DNA from: Candidatus Palauibacter sp.
Lineage (GTDB): Bacteria > Gemmatimonadota > Gemmatimonadetes > Palauibacterales > Palauibacteraceae
Direction: 5' to 3' (one strand)
Assembly: GCF_965221685.1 (NCBI RefSeq)
Contig: NZ_OZ244907.1
DNA length: 64,000 nt
The translations under genes and the position numbers were made by a program. Positions 57,401-64,000 of this stretch are shown in pieces; positions within the stretch are counted from its first letter, which is position 1, and each line of letters begins with the position of its first letter. The notes beneath the pieces were generated by a model, which did not search any database, was not told where the DNA came from, and saw nothing but the letters and a program-made list of their open reading frames with translations.

Positions 57401-60400
57401 CGGTCACTCGGATCGTCACCGAGGCGGTGTCGGCCAATTCGCCGTCGCTCGCCTCGACCCCGACCACATAGAGCGTGTCGCCGCTCTCGTAGTTCAGCAC
57501 CGCGCCGTCGGCCACCGTGATCTGGCCCGTCGCCGCGTCGATCCCGAAAAGCCCGTCCTCGTTCCCGGAGGCCAGGCTGTAGGACGGCGGCGTGCCGTCC
57601 GGGTCGGTCGCCGCCACTGGCGCGCCGACGGCCGTGCCGCCCGGCGAGTTCTCCGGCACCTCGCGCTCGTACACGGCGGGGAACTTGGGCGCCGCGTTCG
57701 CGGGCAGCACCTTGACCGCGTCGCTCGACGCCCGCTTGTTCGGCCCGTGGCGGTCGGCGTACGTGAAGACCATGCGCAGCCACCGGCCCTCGTCGGCGGT
57801 CACGGGGTTGTACATCCGGCCCGTGCCGATGTCGTTCCACGAGTTGCCGTCGCGCGACCGCTGCCACTTCCGCGTCCTGCCCGCGCTCTTCACGCCGTCC
57901 TCGTCGGCCAGCATCGCGGTCAGCTCGACGCCCACGCGCGCCACCGCGGGGCTCAGCGTGACCACGCCCGGATCGTCCGCGTTCGTCACGCGGATCGTGA
58001 CCGACGTAGTGTCGGCAAGTTCGCCGTCGCTCGCGGAGACATTGACCGTGTAGAGCGTGTCCGCGCTCTCGTAGTTCAGCGCCGTGCCCCCGGCCACCGC
58101 GATCCGGGCCGTCGCCGCGTCGATCTCGAACAGGGTTGCGTCTCCGCCGGTCGTGAAGCTGTAGGCCAGATCGTCCGCGTCCGCGTCGGTGGCCGTCACG
58201 GGCGCGCCCACCGCCGTGCCGGCCGCCGAGTTCTCCGGCACCTCGCGCTCGTAGGCGTCCGCGCCGAACGCCGGTGCCCGGTTGGCCGCCTCCGTCGTCC
58301 CCTCGCCGGACTCCGACCACTCGCCCGCGCCCTCCGAACTCTCGGCGCGCACCTGCACGAAGTACGCCGGGCCCGCGTCGAGCCCGGTGATCTTGTGGGC
58401 CAGCGCCGCTCCCAGCCCCGACACGTCGGTCCAATCGTTGTCCTGGTTCGCGCGGTAGCGAAGGTCGTAGTTCGTGATCGCGGGTCCCTCGTTGGACGGC
58501 GCGCTCCACGACACCGACACCTCGCCCTCGCCGCCCGTCACCGTCGGCGCGTCCGGCTTGCCCGGCGCGGGAACGTCCGTCAGCCGGATCTTCACCTCGG
58601 TCGCATCCACAAGCTGCCCGTCACTCGCCTGGAGATGGACCGTGTACACGTTCTTCCCGCCCTCGAAGTCGAGCGCCGCACCGGCGGCCACCGTGATCTG
58701 GCCGCTCTCCTCTTCGATCGCGAAGGAGGTCTCGTCTCCACTGGGGATGAAGGCGTAGGTCAGGTCGTCACCGTCTTCGTCGGTGGCCGTCACGGGCTCG
58801 CCAACCGGCGTGCCGGGCGCCGAGTTCTCCGCGACCTCGCGCTCGTGAATGTGCGAGCCGAACGCCGGCGCGTGGTTGACCGCGTCCTCCGTCGTCCCTT
58901 CGCCGGACTTCGACCACTTGCCCGCGCCCTCCGAACTCTCCGCGCGCACCTGCACGAAGTACGCCGTTCCCGCATCGAGTCCCGTGATCTTATGGACCGA
59001 CACGGCTCCCAGCGCCGCAAGCTTCGTCCACTCGTTGTCCTGGTTCGCACGGTAGCGCAGGTCGTAGCTCGTGATCGCGGGTCCCTCGTTGGGCGGCGCG
59101 CTCCACGACACCGACACCTCGCCCTCACCGCCCGTCACAGTCGGCGCGTCCGGCCGACCCGGCGCGGGAACATCCGTCAGCCGGATCGTCACCGACGCCC
59201 GGTCCGCGAGCGTGCCGTCGCTCGCCTCGACATGGACCGTGTAGACCTTCTTTTCGCTCTCGTAGTCGAGCGCCGCGCCCTCGGCCACCGTGATCCGGCC
59301 GCTCCTCGCGTCGATCTCGAAGGAGGCTTCGTCGCTGCCCGCGATGAAGGCGTACTCTAAATCGTCCCCGTCCTTGTCGGTGGCCGTCACGGGCTCGCCC
59401 ACCGCCGTGCCGGCCGCCGAGTTTTCGGGCACCTCGCGCTCGTAGGCGTCCGCGCCGAACACCGGCGCATGGTTGGACGCCTCCGTCGTCCCCTCGCCGG
59501 ACTCCGACCACTCGCCCGCGCCCTCCGAACTCTCCGCGCGCACCTGCACCGAGTACGTTGTGCCCGCATCGAGTCCGGTGATCGTTTGGGCCAGCACCGC
59601 GCCCAGCGCCGCCACGTCCGTCCACTCGTTGTCCGGGTTCGCACGGTAGCGCAAGTAGTAGCTCGTGATCGCCGGTCCCTCGTTCGACGGCGCGCTCCAC
59701 GACACCGACACCTGTTCCGTTCCGCCCGTCACCACCGGCGCGTCCGGCCTGCCCGGAGCCGGGACGTCCGTCACCCGGATCGTCACCTCGACCCTGGCCG
59801 CCAGCTTCCCGTCGCTCGCCTCGACATGGACCGTGTAGACCTTCTTCTCGCTCTCGTAGTCGAACGCAGCACCGGCGGCCACCGTGATCTGGCCGCTCGT
59901 CTCGTCGATCTCGAACAGCGCCTCGTCCCCGCCCGCCACGAACGCGTGCGTCACCGCGTCGCCGTCCGCGTCCGATGCCGCCACCGGATCGCCCACCGCC
60001 GTGCCGGCCGCCGAGTTCTCCGCCACCTCGCGCTCGAATCCGTCCGCCCCGAACGACGGCGCGCCGTTCGTCACCGTCAACCCGAAATACTGCTTCGCGC
60101 TTCCGCCGTGCCCGTCGCTCGCCAGCACATCGACACGGGTGCTTCCCTTCTTCACGCCCGTCACCGTCAACTCCGCGCCCTCGACCGAAAAGCTCGCGAA
60201 CCCCTTGGAAACTGCGGTCGCCGTGTATGTAAGCTTGTCCAGGTCGAAGTCCCGGAAATATTCCGCCAGCCCCACCTTGAAGCTCTCGCCCCGCGCGACC
60301 GTCCGATCCTTGATCCCACCGAGGCTGATAGGCTCCCGGTTCGGAACCTCGACCTCGAACTCCTGCTCGGCCGTCCCGCCGTATCCGTCGTCCGCCGTCA

Positions 60401-63400
60401 CGGTAACCGTCGCCGAGCCTCGCGACACCGTGCGAATCTCGACCACGTTCCGGGCCATCTCGACCGTCACGACGCCCTCGTCCGACGAGGACGGCCGATA
60501 AGTGAGCTTGTCCCCGTCCGGGTCCCGGAACGCGCCCGACACCCCGACCGTCACCCGTCCATGCATGTACGTCGTCACCGGTCCGATCGAACCCACGGCC
60601 TTCGGTGCCCGGTTCGGAACCGTTACCGCGAAGTCCTGCGGCACCGACCCGCCGCGCCCGTCCAGGGCCGTGACCGTTACCCGTGCATCGCCACGCGACA
60701 CGCCCGTCACCGTCACCTCGCTCCCGCTTACCGCCACCTTCGCGACCGCTTCGTCCGACGACGACGCCTCATAGCTCAGCGCGTCCCCGTCCGGGTCACG
60801 GAAGTGGGGCGCCGCGTCCACCACCGCCATCGAGTCCGCCTCGACCGTGATCGCCGCCATCGCGCGCACGATCACCGGCGCGGCGTTCTCGGGCTTGACC
60901 GTCACCCCGAACTCCTGATCGGCCGTCCCGCCGTGCCCGTCGTCGGCCGTCACCGTGACCTTGGACGTGCCGACCTTGAGCGCCTCGTAGCTCACATGCT
61001 CCCCGGCCACCGTCACCGACAGCACGCCGGCGTTCGACGAGGACGCCCTGTACGTCAGCGGGTCGGACTCCACGTCCGAAAAGTGCGCCGACACCCGCAC
61101 GCTCCCCGTGTCGCCCTTCGACAAGGTCAGGTCCGCGATCGCGCCCACTCGCTCCGGCGCTTCGTTGGGCACCGTCACCAGGAAGCTCTGGGATGCCTCC
61201 GCGCCTTGCGGGTCGCGCGCCGTCACCGTCACCCGCGACTCGCCGCGGAGCACGCCCGTCACCTTCAACTCGCTCCCCTCCACTCCCACCGTCGCCGCCG
61301 CCTCGTTCGACGAGGACGCCTCGTACTCCAGCGCGTCGCCGTCCGGGTCGCGGAAGTGCGCGGACACGTCCACCGTCTTCGATTCGCCAGCCGCGACCGT
61401 CATCGCCGGAATCTCGCTCGCCGCCACCGGCGCGGCGTTCGCCGGCTTCACCGTCACGCTGAACCGCTGCGAGATCTCCTCGGCGTGCGGATCCCGGGCC
61501 GTCACCTCCACCTCCACGCTCCCCTTCGCCACGCCCCGGACCACCACCTTGTCGCCGTTCACGGAAACCGTCGCCACGGTCTCGTCCAGGGACTCGGCCA
61601 GGTATGTCAATACGTCGTTGTCCGGGTCGCTGAAATGCGACGACACCGCGACCGTAACCGACTCTCCGGCCACCACCTCCTGCGCCGGAATCGCGCTCTC
61701 GATCTTGGGAGCACCGTTCGTCGGCGGCGGATCCGTCACCGTGACGCTGAACGCCTGCTTTGCTTCCAACCCGCTCGGGTCGCGGGCCGTCACCGTGACC
61801 TCCGCGCTCCCCTTCGCCACGCCCCGGACCACCACCGTGGCGCCGTTCACCGAAACCGCCGCCACGTTCCGGGTCGACGACGACGCCAGATACGTCAGGT
61901 CGTCGCCGTCCGGATCGCTGAAGTGCGACGACACCACCACCGACTCCGACTTGCCCGTCACCACCCCCTGGGCCGGGATCGCGCTATCGATCTCCGGCGC
62001 CTCGTTCACGTCCGTCACCGTGATGCTTACGTCGCCTTCGGCGCTCACCGTCCCCGAGCTCACCCTCAGCTTCAGCGCGTACGACGCCGTCGTCTCGTGG
62101 TCCAGCGTCCCGGCCACCTTGAGCTTCGCGTCGTCGTCGCCCGAACCCGCAGCAGCCACCGTGAAGTTCCCGGACCCGGTGCCCGAGAGCGCGTAGCTCA
62201 GCGTGCCGCAAGCTCCCGTCGCCGTCACTCCCACCTTGCCGTCCACCCCGTCGCCCCTGCCCGCGTCCTCCGGCACCGAAAGAGCCCCCTTCGACACCGT
62301 GATCGCGCACTCGGTCGTCCTCGGCACGACCGTAACCGAAAACGTCTGCGTCGCCGTCAGGCCCCCGCGGTCCTCCGCCGTCACCGTAACCGTCGCGCTT
62401 CCCGCCGCAACGCCCGTCAACGTCACGGGGCTCCCTTTCGCGTTCACCGTCAGCCGGCCCGTCGCCGACGACTTCGACTCGAACGTCAGCCGGTCCCCCG
62501 CGTCCTCGTCCGTGAAGTAACCCGTCACGTTCACCGAGATAGGATCCCCGACTTGGACCCTCTGCTCGCTGATCGTGCCAATCGGCTGCGGCGCCTCGTT
62601 CACGTCCGTCACCGAGATGTCCACGTCGGCGGCGTCGCTCGCCGTGCCGCCGACCTCGCTCACCGTCAGCGTGAGGTCGTACGCGTCACGGCCCTCGTGG
62701 TTCAGCGGCGCGGCCACCTTGACCTTCGCGTCTTTATCGCTCGCGCTCACGGCCGACACCGAGAAATCGCCCGAGCCCGAGCCCGAAAGCGAATAGCTCA
62801 GCGTCCCGCAACTCCCCGTCGTCGTCACTCCCAGCTTGCCGTCCACCCCGTCCCCGGTATCCGCATCCTCGGGCACCGAAAGACCTCCGTCCGACACCGT
62901 GATCCCACACTGGGTCGTCGTCGCACGCTTGACCGTCACCGAAAACGTCTGCGTCGCCGTCAGACCCCCGCGGTCCCGCGCCGTTACCGTGACCACCGCG
63001 CTTCCCGCCGCAACGCCCGTCAACCGCACCGGACTCCCGCTCGCGTTCACCGTCAATCTGCCAGTCGCCGACGACTTCGACTCGAACGTAAGCCGGTCCC
63101 CGGCGTCCTCGTCCGTGAAGTAGCCCGTGACGTTCACCGAGACCGGCTGCCCGACCCAGACCGTCTGGGCGCGGATCGTCTGGACTGACTGTGGCGCCTC
63201 GTTCACGTCAATGACCGAGATGTCCACGTCGCGCGTGTCGCTCACCGATCCCGAGCTCACCGTCAGCTTCAGCGAGTACGAATCCCGCGCCTCGTGGTTC
63301 GGCACCCGACTTACCTTGATCCTCGCGTTGTCGTCGCCAGCGCCCGCCGCCGACACCGAGAAATCGGCCGATCCCGTGCCCTTCAGCGCATAGCGCAGCG

Positions 63401-64000
63401 TTCCGCAGTCCGACGCCGTCACGCTCACGTCGCGGTTCATCGCCGTGCCCACGCGCGCATTCTCGGCCACCGACAACGCGGCAGCCGAAACCCTGATCTT
63501 GCAAGGCCGCGTCGGTTCGTACACCTCGACGTCGAACCGCTGCGTCGCCGTCATTCCCCCAGTGTCTTCGGCCGTCACGGTCACCGTCGCGCTCCCCGCC
63601 TTCAGCCCCTCGTACGTCACCTTGCTGCCGCTCACGCTCACGCCCAGCACGGTCTTGTTCGACGAGACGGCCGAAAAATCGAGATCATCGCCGTCCGGGT
63701 CCTCGAACTTCGACAGCACGTCCACCGACCCGCTCTCGCCGACATCGATCGCGTCGTCTGGAATCGTCCCCTTCGGCTTCGGTTTCCGGTTCGGAACACG
63801 CACCTCGAACACATCCTCCGTAATCCCGCCCATCCGGTCGTCCGCCGTTACCGTCACCCGCGCACGCCCCTTGCCCGTCGCCGTCACCGTCAGCTTCGTT
63901 CCGCTCACCGTCGCCGTCGCCACGGTAGGATCGGAGGACTTGGCCGTGTAGCCGAGCTTGTCGCCGTCGGGATCGCCGAACACCTCCGAGAGCTCGATAT
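54486..64000 (-). CDS. Giant repetitive surface adhesin (cadherin-like, Big/PKD-like and fibronectin-III repeats) with C-terminal autotransporter-type beta-barrel; N-terminus beyond window end
   Basis: More than 3165 aa. Repeated cadherin-like units (EREVPENSAAGTAVG.PV.A.D.DGD...F.IDA.TG.ITVA.GA.LDYES). FN3-like units (PAPGRPDAP.VTGG...VSVSWSAP.NEGPAITSY.LRYRA). C-terminus ...RLALDFNF ends in an aromatic residue typical of outer-membrane beta-barrels. ORF open to the window edge. Confidence 0.8.
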   Translation of the reverse strand, partial: IELSEVFGDPDGDKLGYTAKSSDPTVATATVSGTKLTVTATGKGRARVTVTADDRMGGITEDVFEVRVPNRKPKPKGTIPDDAIDVGESGSVDVLSKFEDPDGDDLDFSAVSSNKTVLGVSVSGSKVTYEGLKAGSATVTVTAEDTGGMTATQRFDVEVYEPTRPCKIRVSAAALSVAENARVGTAMNRDVSVTASDCGTLRYALKGTGSADFSVSAAGAGDDNARIKVSRVPNHEARDSYSLKLTVSSGSVSDTRDVDISVIDVNEAPQSVQTIRAQTVWVGQPVSVNVTGYFTDEDAGDRLTFESKSSATGRLTVNASGSPVRLTGVAAGSAVVTVTARDRGGLTATQTFSVTVKRATTTQCGITVSDGGLSVPEDADTGDGVDGKLGVTTTGSCGTLSYSLSGSGSGDFSVSAVSASDKDAKVKVAAPLNHEGRDAYDLTLTVSEVGGTASDAADVDISVTDVNEAPQPIGTISEQRVQVGDPISVNVTGYFTDEDAGDRLTFESKSSATGRLTVNAKGSPVTLTGVAAGSATVTVTAEDRGGLTATQTFSVTVVPRTTECAITVSKGALSVPEDAGRGDGVDGKVGVTATGACGTLSYALSGTGSGNFTVAAAGSGDDDAKLKVAGTLDHETTASYALKLRVSSGTVSAEGDVSITVTDVNEAPEIDSAIPAQGVVTGKSESVVVSSHFSDPDGDDLTYLASSSTRNVAAVSVNGATVVVRGVAKGSAEVTVTARDPSGLEAKQAFSVTVTDPPPTNGAPKIESAIPAQEVVAGESVTVAVSSHFSDPDNDVLTYLAESLDETVATVSVNGDKVVVRGVAKGSVEVEVTARDPHAEEISQRFSVTVKPANAAPVAASEIPAMTVAAGESKTVDVSAHFRDPDGDALEYEASSSNEAAATVGVEGSELKVTGVLRGESRVTVTARDPQGAEASQSFLVTVPNEAPERVGAIADLTLSKGDTGSVRVSAHFSDVESDPLTYRASSSNAGVLSVTVAGEHVSYEALKVGTSKVTVTADDGHGGTADQEFGVTVKPENAAPVIVRAMAAITVEADSMAVVDAAPHFRDPDGDALSYEASSSDEAVAKVAVSGSEVTVTGVSRGDARVTVTALDGRGGSVPQDFAVTVPNRAPKAVGSIGPVTTYMHGRVTVGVSGAFRDPDGDKLTYRPSSSDEGVVTVEMARNVVEIRTVSRGSATVTVTADDGYGGTAEQEFEVEVPNREPISLGGIKDRTVARGESFKVGLAEYFRDFDLDKLTYTATAVSKGFASFSVEGAELTVTGVKKGSTRVDVLASDGHGGSAKQYFGLTVTNGAPSFGADGFEREVAENSAAGTAVGDPVAASDADGDAVTHAFVAGGDEALFEIDETSGQITVAAGAAFDYESEKKVYTVHVEASDGKLAARVEVTIRVTDVPAPGRPDAPVVTGGTEQVSVSWSAPSNEGPAITSYYLRYRANPDNEWTDVAALGAVLAQTITGLDAGTTYSVQVRAESSEGAGEWSESGEGTTEASNHAPVFGADAYEREVPENSAAGTAVGEPVTATDKDGDDLEYAFIAGSDEASFEIDARSGRITVAEGAALDYESEKKVYTVHVEASDGTLADRASVTIRLTDVPAPGRPDAPTVTGGEGEVSVSWSAPPNEGPAITSYDLRYRANQDNEWTKLAALGAVSVHKITGLDAGTAYFVQVRAESSEGAGKWSKSGEGTTEDAVNHAPAFGSHIHEREVAENSAPGTPVGEPVTATDEDGDDLTYAFIPSGDETSFAIEEESGQITVAAGAALDFEGGKNVYTVHLQASDGQLVDATEVKIRLTDVPAPGKPDAPTVTGGEGEVSVSWSAPSNEGPAITNYDLRYRANQDNDWTDVSGLGAALAHKITGLDAGPAYFVQVRAESSEGAGEWSESGEGTTEAANRAPAFGADAYEREVPENSAAGTAVGAPVTATDADADDLAYSFTTGGDATLFEIDAATARIAVAGGTALNYESADTLYTVNVSASDGELADTTSVTIRVTNADDPGVVTLSPAVARVGVELTAMLADEDGVKSAGRTRKWQRSRDGNSWNDIGTGRMYNPVTADEGRWLRMVFTYADRHGPNKRASSDAVKVLPANAAPKFPAVYEREVPENSPGGTAVGAPVAATDPDGTPPSYSLASGNEDGLFGIDAATGQITVADGAVLNYESGDTLYVVGVEASDGELADTASVTIRVTDADDPGVVTLSPAVARVGVELTAMLTDEDGALSAGRTRKWQRSRDGNSWNDIASGRKYTPGTNDEGRWLRAVFTYDDGHGRGKRASSEAVEVLPANTAPKFPAAHDREVPENSPGGTAVGAPVAATDPDDGASLSYAFVPGGDEALFDIDGSTGQITVAEGTVLDFESGTTLYTVKVEASDGELADTASVRIRVTNADDPGKIALSADVARVGERLAATLMDQDGSKEAGKTRRWQRSGDGGASWTNIAGARTRFYTPVAADRGNHLRAVFTYADGHGPGKRAESAAVAVVGADTPVVSFGADSYTATQGASVDVAVLLSPAGSAALSIEVVAGDAKHTVTFQAGAGTANVAVGTAGLSASDTVEVRFGDLPDGVAVGVPATTRVVVAAVAGDRAAAAVAVDGAPTELEVEFAAATYTATAGARGTEVTLRISPAADRRVAVPLTAVMDRGMTAPIVSEPVVFQPGDSLAAFTLDIPAEPPSGLLALGFGTLPEAVSAGTAASATVRIAARDDGALRDEAFDVGLAVFGRAVAEGARQAVGARIDAVMRPSPDGSAASGSPSGWAGRAAGTLASLAGVSLNPSSAAETGRRSGSPELPTGREAAARLLPSVSFATGLGPQSTQGLPRFGLWAEGSAQSFRGEPGVEYDGGLRALTVGADARIGSSTLFGVSLMRSDGDLDYGHRSVDGSLGHAMNSVHPYLFVQPSAGIGLWAMAGYGGGEVGGDDHRGDTGDASLRMLSGGVNAPLARRGAFGLALKGDAFTVGMRADDGRREGMASRARALLEASWTAGGLRLATEAGARYDGGDADTGGGAETGASVGYAGRGLDLDVRGRLALGSGRHREWGAALRLAFDPGTKGEGFRLAVSPSQGHDRSGVHGLMDGNALRSMPAAAHGQWRLDAEAGYALKTPSGGGALDSYTRLSAHGGDRAWSLGAGYQVGQTLRLGFEGSRSQMPGQQPDLGLRLALDFNF

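Noticed and set aside
55221-63188. Plus-strand ORFs 55221..59360 (1379 aa) and 59469..63188 (1239 aa) antisense to the giant adhesin
   Set aside because: Extremely Arg/Gly/Asp-rich nonsense composition. The minus-strand frame encodes coherent cadherin/FN3 repeats and a beta-barrel terminus.

Overview
High-GC (about 65-70%) bacterial chromosomal segment, gene-dense on both strands. Every call below comes from reading the translated ORFs and the nucleotide sequence directly; no database search was possible. Left to right: (1) a housekeeping/metabolic block: partial hydantoinase A, CocE/NonD hydrolase, amidohydrolase, SahR-like regulator plus ahcY, an OMP, a Rieske oxygenase, and an ABC ATPase with a permease fused to an M1 aminopeptidase, interspersed with three toxin-antitoxin pairs (DUF433/DUF5615, VapBC, AbrB-like/VapC) and tRNA-Pro(GGG). 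(2) An accessory region at about 19.4-27.3 kb with three paralogous copies of an unknown 232-aa membrane-anchored protein (mosaic, recombining), an NHL/beta-propeller-like protein and a dense TA island: DinJ-like, HigA plus a HigB remnant, HicB-like, DUF104, HEPN/MNT, Phd, RelE-like plus XRE plus an unknown third gene, and degenerate duplicated repeats. (3) A visibly lower-GC island of about 9.5 kb (28.1-37.56 kb) abutting an array of six tRNA genes. It carries a tightly coupled three-gene operon (DGQHR/DndB-like protein, 433-aa unknown, Dam-like D12 adenine methyltransferase) that I consider the best candidate for a previously undescribed defence/modification system. It also carries an MmeI-family Type IIL restriction-modification gene interrupted by a single in-frame TAG, and two unknown proteins. 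(4) A complete alternative complex III operon (actABCDEF), an M48/PDZ peptidase, a Sel1-repeat protein, a tandem-repeat membrane protein, sucA, an MBL hydrolase, an acyltransferase, and a giant autotransporter-type adhesin of more than 3165 aa running off the window end. No CRISPR array or transposase/integrase was recognised.
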